In this document: positions 29,551 through 39,568 of the stretch, piece after piece
Position numbering within the stretch: the stretch's first letter is position 1
Layout: each line of letters opens with the position of its first letter
From: a virus
Strand: one strand, 5' to 3'
DNA length: 39,951 bases
Virus record (IMG/VR): IMGVR_UViG_3300045988_166951
Made by a program: the position numbers and the translations under genes
Notes under the pieces: generated by a model
Seen by the model: the letters and a program-made list of their open reading frames with translations, nothing else
Database searches by the model: none
What the model was told of the DNA's origin: nothing

Positions 29551-32500
29551 TTGAGCGAAGGCGGTGGAATGACTTTAGAAAGGCTTCAAGTAATTATAGA
29601 AGCACAAACTAAAGGAGTAAGAGAAGAAATTGCAAAAGTAAATAAACAAGTTAAACATATGTCTGATGTAGTTAATAAAGAAACTGGAAAGGTAAGAAAT
29701 AGCTTTAAAAATTTATTTGCAGGTATTTCTATAGGTTATGGATTAGCTAAAATAGGACAATACATTAAAAATTCAACTATGATGGCAATGAAAGTTGAAG
29801 GTGCCATCCAACAAATTAAAAGAACTATGGGTGAAAGTTCTCAACAGTTTTTAAAATGGGCGAGTGATAGTGCTTTAGCTTTTAACATGAGTAAATCAGA
29901 CGCTTTAAATTATGGGGCTGTTTATTCTAATTTAGTTAGTGGTTTTACAGCTAGTACAGAGCAAACATTTCAATATACTACAGAATTATTAAAAGCATCT
30001 TCTATTATTGCTAGTGGAACTGGTAGAACTATGACTGATGTTATGGAAAGAATAAGATCTGGCCTTTTAGGGAATACAGAAGCGATAGAGGATTTAGGTA
30101 TTAACGTTAATGTTGCAATGCTACAATCTACAGATGCTTTTAAAAGATTTGCTAATGGTAGGTCATGGGATCAATTAGATTTCCAAACCCAACAGCAAAT
30201 TAGATTATTTGCTATATTAGAACAAACAACTAAAAAGTTTGGTGGAGAAGTTTTTAATAATACAAATAGTAGTTTACAACAGTTAGTGGCTGTATTAAAA
30301 GATGTTGCATTAAATATAGGTAATGCATTTTTACCAATACTTAATGTAGTTTTACCTATTTTAACAAAATTTGCAATGGGGTTAAGAGAAGTTACAGGAC
30401 ATATAGCAACTTTTATGCAAACATTATTTGGTCAAAATACTCAAAAACCAATAGTTCCTAAGGATAGTATGCAGGGATTAAGTAAAGAGGCATTAAAAGG
30501 AGTTAATGCACAAGGGCAATATAATAAAGAGTTAGATAAGACTGGTAAAAAGGCTAAGAAGTTAAGTAATTTAATGGGTTTTGATGAAATAAATAAATTA
30601 CAAAAAAAAGAGCCTGATGAAAGTTCTGGAGGAATTAATCCTTCGGGATTGAATAATGTAGCAGAACAAACCCAAAAAACTAATGGGTTTGTAGACGGCT
30701 TAATAGCAAAGTTTAATGAACTAAAAGATTTATTTAAAGAGGGATTCAAAACCGGCTTGGGTGATGACTTTGAGAATAGTATTAAGAGAATTAAAGCACA
30801 TATACAAGGAATAAAAGAAAGTTTAAAAAATATATTTTTATCTCCTGAAGTAATTAATGCTTCTAATAAATGGGTTAATGCAGTTGCTTTGAATTTAGGT
30901 AAAGTTACTGGAAGTATTGCCAGTATTGGATTATCTATAGGCGAGAATTTAATTGGTGGAGTTGATAAATATCTTTCACAGAATACGGAATATATAAAGA
31001 GTAAGATAGTATCAATTTTTGATACACATACAGAAATAGCTAATATATTAGGAAATGTATCAGTAGCTATTGCAAAAGTATTTGAAGTATTTAGGAGTGA
31101 TGCAGCAAAACAATGCACAGCAGATTTTATAGGTATTTTTGCTAATGCTTATTTAGGAGCAACAGATATATCGCTAAAGTTTGGACGTGATATTCTTAAT
31201 TGTATTACACAACCAATTATAGATAATGCAGATAAATTTAAACTTGCAATAGAAAATACTTTAGCACCTTTAAGTACTATTTTATCAACTTTAAATACTG
31301 CAGTTAAAGATACCTTTGACCAAATGGCATTAGTATATGATGAACATTTAAAACCTATGTTTGATGCTATAGCAGCAGGATTAAGTTCAATAGTTAGTAC
31401 TATACTTGATGCTTATAATACTTATATTGCTCCAATGTTACAGGCATTAGCAGATCAATTTGCTACGGTTTGGACAACAAGTATTCAACCTACAATAAAT
31501 AAATTATTAGAGTTAATAGGAAAGATAGCGGATGCATTAACTTTGCTATGGCAAAATGTTATAGTACCCCTTATAAATTGGATAATAACTAATGTTGTCC
31601 CATTAATAGCTCCAATAATAGAAACAATAGTATCTTTAGTTATTTCGCTTGTTGGTAGATTATCTGAAATTCTTGGTGGTATTATTGACATATTAAGTGG
31701 AATTATAGATTTTATTATAGGAGTTTTTACTGGTGATTGGTCAAGAGCATGGCAAGGAATACAAGAAATATTCGGTGGTATATGGGAAGTTATTAAAGGT
31801 ATTGTATGCGGAGGTATAGATTTTATACAGGCATATATAACAACCATTATACAAGCTATAAGTGGAACAGTACAATTGGTTTTAAGTGCTTTAAGAGATT
31901 CAATACATTTTGTTTTATCAACAATTTCTAATATAGTTATATCAATTGTTGATGGTATTTATAATGCTATATGTAAATCGCTTGATTATATTAAGTCTAG
32001 ATATACTGAATTTAAAGATTTTGCTTTTAATATTTGGCAATCGATAAAAAATATATTTTCTTCCTTCAGTTCTTGGTTAGATTCTGTATTTACTACTGAT
32101 TGGACACAATCCTTTGGAACTTTTGGTAATATAATAAACGCTTTTATGAGGAATGTACAAAATGTTTGGAATTCGATTAAAAGAATCTTTGGTGGAATAA
32201 TAGACTTTGTAACTGGCGTATTTACTGGTAACTGGAGTAGAGCATGGCAAGGTGTTGTAGATATATTTGGTGGAATAATGAGTGGATTAGGAGCTGTTCT
32301 TAAAGCACCACTTAACATTGTTATCGGATTAATTAATACAGCTATAGGTGGACTAAATAAAATTAGTATTACTACTCCAGATTGGTTACCAGGTGGATTA
32401 GGTGGAAAACATTTTGGTGTTAACTTACCTAAGATTCCTTATCTAGCAAAAGGGGGAGTAGTTAATTCAGCAACTCTTGCAATGATAGGTGAAGCAGGGA

Positions 32501-32733
32501 AGGAAGCTGTTGTACCTTTAGAAAATAATACTGGATGGACAGATAAAGTAGGAGCTCTTTTAGCTAATTCGTTGATAAATTTAATGCAAGTTAATAATGG
32601 CAATAATAGCAATAATCAAGGTGGAGATTTAATTTTAGAATTAAAAGTAGCTGATGATAAAATAGGTGATTTAATAATAAAATCTTTTAGAAGATTAGAA
32701 AGAAAGACAGGAAAACAAATATTAAACATATAG
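29551..32733 (+). CDS. Tail tape measure protein
   Basis: 1060 aa. TTG start 7 nt after AGGAGG. Long helical and hydrophobic Ile/Gly/Ala-rich repeats. Internal duplicated GVFTG(D/N)WSRAWQG...IFGGI motif. Confidence 0.9.
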   Translation: MSEGGGMTLERLQVIIEAQTKGVREEIAKVNKQVKHMSDVVNKETGKVRNSFKNLFAGISIGYGLAKIGQYIKNSTMMAMKVEGAIQQIKRTMGESSQQFLKWASDSALAFNMSKSDALNYGAVYSNLVSGFTASTEQTFQYTTELLKASSIIASGTGRTMTDVMERIRSGLLGNTEAIEDLGINVNVAMLQSTDAFKRFANGRSWDQLDFQTQQQIRLFAILEQTTKKFGGEVFNNTNSSLQQLVAVLKDVALNIGNAFLPILNVVLPILTKFAMGLREVTGHIATFMQTLFGQNTQKPIVPKDSMQGLSKEALKGVNAQGQYNKELDKTGKKAKKLSNLMGFDEINKLQKKEPDESSGGINPSGLNNVAEQTQKTNGFVDGLIAKFNELKDLFKEGFKTGLGDDFENSIKRIKAHIQGIKESLKNIFLSPEVINASNKWVNAVALNLGKVTGSIASIGLSIGENLIGGVDKYLSQNTEYIKSKIVSIFDTHTEIANILGNVSVAIAKVFEVFRSDAAKQCTADFIGIFANAYLGATDISLKFGRDILNCITQPIIDNADKFKLAIENTLAPLSTILSTLNTAVKDTFDQMALVYDEHLKPMFDAIAAGLSSIVSTILDAYNTYIAPMLQALADQFATVWTTSIQPTINKLLELIGKIADALTLLWQNVIVPLINWIITNVVPLIAPIIETIVSLVISLVGRLSEILGGIIDILSGIIDFIIGVFTGDWSRAWQGIQEIFGGIWEVIKGIVCGGIDFIQAYITTIIQAISGTVQLVLSALRDSIHFVLSTISNIVISIVDGIYNAICKSLDYIKSRYTEFKDFAFNIWQSIKNIFSSFSSWLDSVFTTDWTQSFGTFGNIINAFMRNVQNVWNSIKRIFGGIIDFVTGVFTGNWSRAWQGVVDIFGGIMSGLGAVLKAPLNIVIGLINTAIGGLNKISITTPDWLPGGLGGKHFGVNLPKIPYLAKGGVVNSATLAMIGEAGKEAVVPLENNTGWTDKVGALLANSLINLMQVNNGNNSNNQGGDLILELKVADDKIGDLIIKSFRRLERKTGKQILNI

Positions 32734-32743
32734 GAGTGGTTAG

Positions 32744-33091
32744 ATGTTAGTAATAAATGGAGTGGAAATAGCCACTCCTAAAACTTTTCAAGTTGATATT
32801 AATGATATAGATGGTGAAACTAATAGAAATGCTAAAGGTGAAATGCTAAGGGATAGAATAGCGGTAAAGCGAAAACTTAATTGTGAATGGCCACCTTTAA
32901 GTGAAGAAGAGTGTTCTGAATTATTAAAAAGTGTTAAAGATATATTTTTTCAAGTTACTTATCCCGATCCAATGGAAGGTAGAATGCTAACTAAAACATT
33001 TTATGTAGGCGATAGGAGTATACCAGCGCTATCATATATTGATGGAGAAATTCGTTGGAATGGTTTAAAGATGAATTTCATTGAGAAATAA
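32744..33091 (+). CDS. Small tail component (distal-tail position)
   Basis: 115 aa immediately after the tape measure. AGGAGTGG RBS. Confidence 0.5.
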   Translation: MLVINGVEIATPKTFQVDINDIDGETNRNAKGEMLRDRIAVKRKLNCEWPPLSEEECSELLKSVKDIFFQVTYPDPMEGRMLTKTFYVGDRSIPALSYIDGEIRWNGLKMNFIEK

Positions 33092-33102
33092 GGTGATTCT
33101 AT

Positions 33103-34725
33103 ATGAGAGATGTATCTAATGATTATAAGTTAGCTATAAGGAAAAGTAGTAGAGTTGTATGCAGTAAGCTTATTTTTGATGAAAATGAAATAGATGATAC
33201 TGATATTATTTCTATATCTTTAAATGAATCTATTCTAAGTGGAGAGGAATTTCAACTTGGTGGAGCTATAGCAACTAATGTTGATATTGAAATAAGTAAT
33301 TATCTTGGTAGGTATAATGAGTTTACATTTAAGGATTTAAAATTCAAATTAATATTTGGAATTGAATTAGCTAATACAAATTTTGAATATGTGGAATATG
33401 GGGAATATAAAGTATTTGAAGTTAAGGAAACTGGTAAAAGTTTAAAACTAGAATGTTATGATAGCTTTATTGATATGGATGTATCTTATAAGACAGTATT
33501 ACAATACCCACAACCAGTACATACTATACTTTCAGATATTAGTAAGGTATTTAATGTTAAACTTAGTGAAAGGCTTTCTAGTGGGAAATATAATAATTCT
33601 GATTTAATAATTACAGATAGACCAGATGATGCTACTTATAGACAAATATTAAAAGATGTTGCTGTTATAGTTGGAGGATTCGCTGTAATTAAAAATGGTT
33701 TATTAGATATAATAACTATTCAAGAAACAGATATAGAAATAAATCCTAGTAACTTTATGAAAACAACCATAACCAGTAACTATGAGAAAGTATCTTTAAT
33801 AGACTTAAATGGTTTTACTGTAGGTAAATTAGGTGGAAATAAGCTAGAGTTAGATATACCCTTACTGGATGCTAATGATAAAGATGAAGTTAAAAAGGTT
33901 GCTTCAAGCATCTTAGAAATATATAAAGAATTTACTTATACAGGATTTAAATCAGATTGGCAAGGAGATTTTTCTTTAGAGGTAGGAGATTCCATCAAAG
34001 TAACTGATATTAATAATAAAGAATATAATTCATTTGTTGCTAGTAATAAAATTTCTTATTCTGGTGGCTTTAAATCTACTACAGAAGCAAAGTTGAATAA
34101 AAAAATTAGTAAAACAGCTAATAGAGAAGTTCAAAGGCTCCAAAATAAAATTAAAGAAGCTGAAAATGGTATGTACTATTACTGTAATAACAATGATGTT
34201 AATGTAATATCAGCATGGGGACAATTTGCTTTTATAGGATTTTCTCTTAATGGATCTACTAATCTTTTACTTAATGTAGCTATCCAAGTAGAAGGAACTG
34301 GAACATTAGAATGTAAGATAATGCTAGATTCAGCTACAATGAGTTTTATGCCTAAGATAAAAGTTAATGAGTTTGGTTTATTATCCTTCTCTATTCCACT
34401 TATTAAGTTACAGAGTTCAAGTGGACATGGTTTAAGCATTATGCTTAAAGCTTCTGATAATATGACTATAAAAAGGGAGCAGGGGCAAATAACAATATAC
34501 GGAGATAAGTTAAGTGGTGCTCTTAGTGATGAATATCCTCATGCAGAGGTTAAGGAAGAGGTTCATTATTCAGATTTCTATTCATTAAAAACTAATTTAG
34601 CTGATAAAGTGTCAGTTACTTTAGAAAAGGTTATTGATGTAAATTGTAATGATAAAGTAAATTATGAAGAAGATTTATTCGGAAAAGTTTCTGATAATAT
34701 TAAATCTTTATTAGAAAATAAATAG
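33103..34725 (+). CDS. Tail tip / tail-associated protein (prophage-tail, Tal-like position)
   Basis: 540 aa, second gene after the tape measure. N-terminus RDVSNDYKLAIRKSSR typical of siphovirus minor structural proteins. Confidence 0.55.
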   Translation: MRDVSNDYKLAIRKSSRVVCSKLIFDENEIDDTDIISISLNESILSGEEFQLGGAIATNVDIEISNYLGRYNEFTFKDLKFKLIFGIELANTNFEYVEYGEYKVFEVKETGKSLKLECYDSFIDMDVSYKTVLQYPQPVHTILSDISKVFNVKLSERLSSGKYNNSDLIITDRPDDATYRQILKDVAVIVGGFAVIKNGLLDIITIQETDIEINPSNFMKTTITSNYEKVSLIDLNGFTVGKLGGNKLELDIPLLDANDKDEVKKVASSILEIYKEFTYTGFKSDWQGDFSLEVGDSIKVTDINNKEYNSFVASNKISYSGGFKSTTEAKLNKKISKTANREVQRLQNKIKEAENGMYYYCNNNDVNVISAWGQFAFIGFSLNGSTNLLLNVAIQVEGTGTLECKIMLDSATMSFMPKIKVNEFGLLSFSIPLIKLQSSSGHGLSIMLKASDNMTIKREQGQITIYGDKLSGALSDEYPHAEVKEEVHYSDFYSLKTNLADKVSVTLEKVIDVNCNDKVNYEEDLFGKVSDNIKSLLENK

Positions 34726-34737
34726 GCAGGTGATAAG

Positions 34738-36294
34738 ATGAATGAGGCAGTTAAATTCGAAGTGCCGCAAATACAATTAAGTGGTAAATATAAAATACAA
34801 TTATTTGATAAAGATACTGGTGAAATGCTACATGAAGTTGAGAAGCATAATGTTATAAATAAATCTTTGTTTTCAAGTGCTTTTTATAATTTTATTTATA
34901 AAGGATTTATAAATAATGATTTTGGTGGTGCGTTACCTATAAATGGAGCTCCAGGTAGAGATGATTATTTTAGTGGATTGGTGAGTTGGTTGATGCTAAC
35001 TAAAGATGATGAATTAACAGGAAATGATGATAAAAATTCGGTGATTTTAGGTGAAACTATTGCTTATGCTAATTATGGTAATACTTCTTCAGGACAAGAT
35101 TTAAAAAAAGGTGTTTACAATCAAAATGAGAGTACTATTATAAATAATTATTATGATGGTGGTAAAAAAATAAAAAGTCAAACGCATCATATAGTTTTTG
35201 ACTTCCCTACCGATAAAGGGAATGGAACATTTGATAATGTTTATATAACTCCTAATACTAGTTCAAGATATAGTGGAGATGCATCTTCATTAAGAGGAAA
35301 ATATAATTTAAATAGTTATTTTACAGTATCTAATTCTGGAGATTATGATTATAAAAGTGATGCTGATTTTCAAGGGGATCATGGAGTGATTTCACATTCA
35401 AATACTCATTTATATATTCAGTGTCTTCATTATAAAGGTGAATATCGAACACAACATTGGGATAAAATTGCTAAAATGTCTTTTGAAAATTACGGTTTAG
35501 AATATATAAATTTAAATGTTCCAGAAGAGCATAAAGAAAAGGCATCATATATTTATTATGCGTGTGGAATGTTCTGGAGGTTATCTTACGATTTTACAGT
35601 AACAAGATATAATCTTGATGGAACATATAAAGATACAATTGATATTAAGAGTAATTTTGTTAAAGAAAATCTAAAAAACTTGCAAACATCTAATATATAT
35701 TTCGATTCAAAATACCATACGTATTTAGGATCATCATTTGATTCCTATTGTTATTTATGGTCATCATCATTCAATCTTTTTACTGGAGATGATGATTATT
35801 TATATTTAAGTTACACAATATATTTAACTGACAAAAATAATAAAAAATCATATGAAACTTATGTATGTTCAATAAATGCTGAAAATAAAAAAATAAGTGA
35901 AGTGTTAATTGAAAAGTCAGAAAATAATTTAAATCCAGAAACTTTAAGCGTTGGATATATTAATGGGGAAAAGTATTTATTTTGTGGTAAAACTCAACAA
36001 GTTTTTGTAATAAGAAATGGTGTTTTTGTTAAAAAGAGTTCAGAAATATTAAGAACTTTAACTAAAAATGGATATAGTTTTTTATTATGGAAAGATGGAA
36101 CACTATTTATTTTAGGAAGTGGTGATAAAAGTACATTTCAAGGTCGTACTTTTGCTATATGCACATTAATTCCGTGGAGTTCTCATTGTAAATTGCCTTC
36201 TCCAGTAACTAAAACCAGTACAAACACTATGAAAATTCAATATGATGTAACAGTAGATTATATAATGCCTGGAATGATTGAAAACTTGAAATAG
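34738..36294 (+). CDS. Tail/baseplate-associated structural protein, unknown fold
   Basis: 518 aa, in the tail module. Terminator overlaps its stop. Confidence 0.5.
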   Translation: MNEAVKFEVPQIQLSGKYKIQLFDKDTGEMLHEVEKHNVINKSLFSSAFYNFIYKGFINNDFGGALPINGAPGRDDYFSGLVSWLMLTKDDELTGNDDKNSVILGETIAYANYGNTSSGQDLKKGVYNQNESTIINNYYDGGKKIKSQTHHIVFDFPTDKGNGTFDNVYITPNTSSRYSGDASSLRGKYNLNSYFTVSNSGDYDYKSDADFQGDHGVISHSNTHLYIQCLHYKGEYRTQHWDKIAKMSFENYGLEYINLNVPEEHKEKASYIYYACGMFWRLSYDFTVTRYNLDGTYKDTIDIKSNFVKENLKNLQTSNIYFDSKYHTYLGSSFDSYCYLWSSSFNLFTGDDDYLYLSYTIYLTDKNNKKSYETYVCSINAENKKISEVLIEKSENNLNPETLSVGYINGEKYLFCGKTQQVFVIRNGVFVKKSSEILRTLTKNGYSFLLWKDGTLFILGSGDKSTFQGRTFAICTLIPWSSHCKLPSPVTKTSTNTMKIQYDVTVDYIMPGMIENLK

Positions 36295-36322
36295 AGTTAA
36301 CTTAATTGTTAGCTCTATTTTT
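36291..36322 (+). terminator. Rho-independent terminator between tail-tip genes and the receptor-binding gene
   Basis: ATAGAGTTAAC-TTAATT-GTTAGCTCTAT (one G:U) plus T5. Confidence 0.65.
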
Positions 36323-36354
36323 ATATAAAAAATTATAAAGGAGGGATAAAGTAA

Positions 36355-38535
36355 GTGAAAAATATAGAAGTTTACAACACACTTAATATTGACAAAGATA
36401 GTAGTTCTATAGTTGCTACATTTACCCAAGAAGATGATGCTGTTATGGAATTTAAGCTCTTTAAAGATGGACAAGAGATAGTTTTAAAGGATCAAACAAT
36501 TTCTTTAGGTGCTGAAAGGAAAGATGGAGCAGTAATAGAACAAGAAGATGGCTTTTTAATTAAAGAAAATAATGTACTTAACATAACTCTAAAAAAAAAT
36601 ATAATACAAGTAGTTGGAGTAGTTAAAATACAGCTTTATTTAAAAGATAAGAGTGGGGAAATGGCTTCTAATACATTTAATATTAGAGTTAATAAAAAGC
36701 TATTAGGAGCAGAAAATGTTGAAGCTACTAATGATATAAAATCACTTAATACCTTAGTATTAGAATTAAAGAATAATACTAATAAGCTTATAGATGATAC
36801 TAAAGCTAAAGCAGATAAGCTATTAAGTGGATTACAAGAAACAGGGGATAATCTTAGTGATACTGTAAAAGCTAAAACAGATAAAATAATAGAAGATACT
36901 AAAGCAGAAGTTGACAATATAAAAAAAGATTATGAAGGATTAAAGAAAGTTGTAATAGATGAAAATATAAGTATTAAATTACAGGAAGATATAAAAATAC
37001 TTCAAAATGGATTAAAAACTAACCAAAATTTATCTTATGAAGGAAGTTCTATAAGTGCCGAAAACACATTAGAAGGTAGAACTAAAGGAATGAGCATTAA
37101 AGGTTTAACATTACAAAACTTATGGAAGCCTATAAGTATTCAATGGGAGCCTACTAATAAGTGGTTTAATGCATTAGCTTCAAGTATAAATTTTGATATA
37201 ACAGGAAAAGTTATAACAGTTAAAAATATAACTAATAAGGCTATAAATTTTCAATTTTCTAAATTAGATAACAATTATGATTCGCAGGTGGTTATTTCTA
37301 GTGGAGAAATAAAAGTAATTAATGTTACTTCTCTTCAAAAATTTAGAGGAGTAATTGGGTTAGAAAGTGTAGGTTGGGAAAATACAACTGAGAATAAAAA
37401 TAAACTTATAAACGGATTGATTGTATGTATTGGAGAACATTCGTATTTACCTAATACTTATTTCGAGGGTTTAAAAAGCTTTGGAGAAGCAGAGCAAGAA
37501 GGAGATAAACATAAAATTAGTATTTTAAGTAGAACAGAAAATTTATTAGATACTAATGTAAATAGTGAAAATGTAGAAGATGGCGTGTTCTATGATTATA
37601 AAACTGGCAAAAAAAATACTTTAGTAAATACGTTTACTGTTAATATTCCTTTAAAGGCAAATACAACTTTTAGTATGTATGGTATAAATAGAAATGTTAG
37701 CTATTGGAAAGATGGGGTGTTTCAAGGTAGTGTATTTAAAGAATTTGCAGATGATAGCTTTACTACTCAAGTTTCTCCTAATTTTGATTCTGTACTCAAA
37801 GTAACTGTTTTAAAAGCTAACAAAGATTTGGCTTATGTTGTTTTAGGTGATAAAGAAATGAACCCTTATCAACAATATAAACAAGATAAAAAAGATATTT
37901 TAATATCAGCTCCATTACGAAGTGTTGATGATGTTCAAGATATTATGTATGAAGATAATGGACAAGTTAAGGTTGATAGAAAACTAGGTAAATATACTTT
38001 TACTGGAGATGAAAATTTTAGTTTGATTGCTAGTGATAGTCAAGGCAATTATATAAGTTTTCTATATACAAGTTTAAATAACAGAAAATATCAAACAAAA
38101 TTAATAAGTGATAATTTAACAAAATTATCAAGTTCACAAGAAAATAAAGAAGGAATTTATTGTTATTCTAGTAACTTTAATATTTCTATAAGAGTTCTTA
38201 AAAGTAAACTAAATACACAAGATGTTGAAGGATTTAAAGCATGGTTAAAAGCAAATCCAACAACAATAGTCTATCAATTAGCTACACCAACTATAGAAAT
38301 TGTAGAAAATTGTGTAGATATAGATTTAGATACTTACCAGGATAAAACATGCTTTAATATCTTAAACTCACTTCAAGGAACTTTAGATTTTAAAGTACCA
38401 AGTAACATAGGATCTGTAGTTCAAAATATGGCTAAAGAAGTTAATAACATTTGGGATGTTATTAATAATTTATTAGTACCAGGAATATTAGATGTAAATA
38501 AAAAAGTTGCATTAGCAACAATAAAAATAATTTAA
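36355..38535 (+). CDS. Receptor-binding / tail fibre protein with BppU-like N-terminal domain
   Basis: GTG start after AAAGGAGGG. N-terminal ~110 aa (DKDSSSIVATFTQEDDAVMEFKLFKDGQEIVL...) resembles BppU_N Ig-like domains. Then a coiled coil (aa ~120-210) and a large C-terminal domain. Confidence 0.6.
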   Translation: MKNIEVYNTLNIDKDSSSIVATFTQEDDAVMEFKLFKDGQEIVLKDQTISLGAERKDGAVIEQEDGFLIKENNVLNITLKKNIIQVVGVVKIQLYLKDKSGEMASNTFNIRVNKKLLGAENVEATNDIKSLNTLVLELKNNTNKLIDDTKAKADKLLSGLQETGDNLSDTVKAKTDKIIEDTKAEVDNIKKDYEGLKKVVIDENISIKLQEDIKILQNGLKTNQNLSYEGSSISAENTLEGRTKGMSIKGLTLQNLWKPISIQWEPTNKWFNALASSINFDITGKVITVKNITNKAINFQFSKLDNNYDSQVVISSGEIKVINVTSLQKFRGVIGLESVGWENTTENKNKLINGLIVCIGEHSYLPNTYFEGLKSFGEAEQEGDKHKISILSRTENLLDTNVNSENVEDGVFYDYKTGKKNTLVNTFTVNIPLKANTTFSMYGINRNVSYWKDGVFQGSVFKEFADDSFTTQVSPNFDSVLKVTVLKANKDLAYVVLGDKEMNPYQQYKQDKKDILISAPLRSVDDVQDIMYEDNGQVKVDRKLGKYTFTGDENFSLIASDSQGNYISFLYTSLNNRKYQTKLISDNLTKLSSSQENKEGIYCYSSNFNISIRVLKSKLNTQDVEGFKAWLKANPTTIVYQLATPTIEIVENCVDIDLDTYQDKTCFNILNSLQGTLDFKVPSNIGSVVQNMAKEVNNIWDVINNLLVPGILDVNKKVALATIKII

Positions 38536-38560
38536 AATAAAAAGAAAGGATGATGTTAAA

Positions 38561-38731
38561 ATGGCATACGAATTATGTAAATTTCAAATTCAAAATGGAG
38601 GATATGATAAAAAACAAATGACAGAAAACTTAATATTATTTAAAATGACAGGAGAATTAACAGGAGAGCAATATTTAGAACTACACAGAATGATTAATCC
38701 ACCAGTGGTTACTGAAGAACATACAGCATAA
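38561..38731 (+). CDS. XkdX-like small protein (56 aa, below ORF-track cutoff)
   Basis: ATG 38561. MAYELCKFQIQNGGYDKKQMTENLILFKMTGELTGEQYLELHRMINPP shows the XkdX-type G.LT.E.Y pattern. Position between the fibre gene and the lysis cassette. Confidence 0.5.
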   Translation: MAYELCKFQIQNGGYDKKQMTENLILFKMTGELTGEQYLELHRMINPPVVTEEHTA

Positions 38732-38802
38732 TAAAATAGAGAAATAAGATAGGACTAGAGATAGTCTTTTTTTATTTCTCTAAATTAAGAAAGGACATCA
38801 AT

Positions 38803-39060
38803 ATGGAGAAGGAAATATTAACACAAGTTATAGGACAAGGAGCATTTGCAGCATTATTTGTTTGGCTACTATGGGACACTAGAAAAGAAGCAAGAGAAAG
38901 AGAAAATAAACTTAATAATCTAATAGATAAATTCGCTGATAAATTCAACATTGTAGAAGATATTAAAGATAAAGTAGATACATTGAAAATCATATATTTA
39001 AAAATGATAAATAAGAAAGAAGGAATTGAAAATGGAAAAATTCTTAGACCCAATACTTAG
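38803..39060 (+). CDS. BhlA/UviB-family holin-like protein
   Basis: MEKEILTQVIGQGAFAALFVWLLWDTRKEARERENKLNNLI matches the BhlA/UviB N-terminal TM plus charged helix pattern. Confidence 0.7.
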   Translation: MEKEILTQVIGQGAFAALFVWLLWDTRKEARERENKLNNLIDKFADKFNIVEDIKDKVDTLKIIYLKMINKKEGIENGKILRPNT

Positions 39061-39514
39061 TGCTTTAGCTGCTGCTATTGCACTTTTTTTAGCTACTATA
39101 ATAAAATCACTTGGTGACCAGTTAATACAACTAATTAAAGTTAAAATAGAAGCTACAGATCAAAAGCTTAAATCTTCTAAATTTAATGAAGCATATGAAG
39201 TTGGTAAAAAGATTTTCTTTGCTATAGAAGAGAAATATAGAATAACCGATAACTTAGAGAATCTTGCTAAATCCAAAGCTGATTTATTTGACAAAATGCT
39301 TTTAGAAAAATTCCCATATTTAAATAAAGAAGAGATAATGCAAATAAGACAATCAATAGCAGGTGAATACAATAAAGGTAAAACAATGCTCTATGAAGAT
39401 AGTCTAAAAAATCAAGCTGAAAAATTAGTAGATGAGAATAATAAATTAAAATTATTAAATGCAGAAACAGAAAATAAGTTAGCAGCAGTAAAAAGTTTAA
39501 ATGAGAGCCTATAA
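39032..39514 (+). CDS. Holin-like membrane protein (single N-terminal TM, coiled-coil C-terminus)
   Basis: ATG 39032. TM ILSALAAAIALFLATIIKSL. Directly upstream of the endolysin. Overlaps the BhlA-like 3' end by 29 nt. Confidence 0.55.
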   Translation: MEKFLDPILSALAAAIALFLATIIKSLGDQLIQLIKVKIEATDQKLKSSKFNEAYEVGKKIFFAIEEKYRITDNLENLAKSKADLFDKMLLEKFPYLNKEEIMQIRQSIAGEYNKGKTMLYEDSLKNQAEKLVDENNKLKLLNAETENKLAAVKSLNESL

Positions 39515-39529
39515 TAGGTTCTCTTTTTT
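39503..39529 (+). terminator. Stem-loop plus T-run between holin and endolysin (possible attenuator)
   Basis: GAGAGCCT-ATAAT-AGGTTCTC (one G:U) plus T6. The holin stop lies in the loop. Confidence 0.55.
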
Positions 39530-39568
39530 ATATAAATAAAAATATTTTAAAGAAAGAAGGAATTAATA

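Noticed and set aside
31720-32295. Internal duplication in the tape measure gene (GVFTGDWSRAWQGIQEIFGGI at 31720-31800; GVFTGNWSRAWQGVVDIFGGI at 32215-32295)
   Set aside because: Repeated Trp/Phe-containing motifs of this kind are a common feature of tape measure proteins (length-ruler repeats). They are not an independent element.
36591-36599. A9 tract (and an A8 tract at 37609-37616) in the receptor-binding gene as phase-variation switches
   Set aside because: Homopolymeric A/T runs of this length are frequent throughout this AT-rich genome. There is no alternative ORF or stop pattern suggesting a regulated on/off switch.
19526-39372. Minus-strand ORFs inside structural and lysis genes (19526-19729, 21273-21710, 28376-28687, 30441-31118, 31485-31847, 31986-32318, 34179-34439, 36166-36474, 36636-36917, 38772-39053, 39160-39372)
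   Set aside because: They are antisense shadows of terminase, portal, major tail, tape-measure, tail and holin genes. Nothing supports independent expression.
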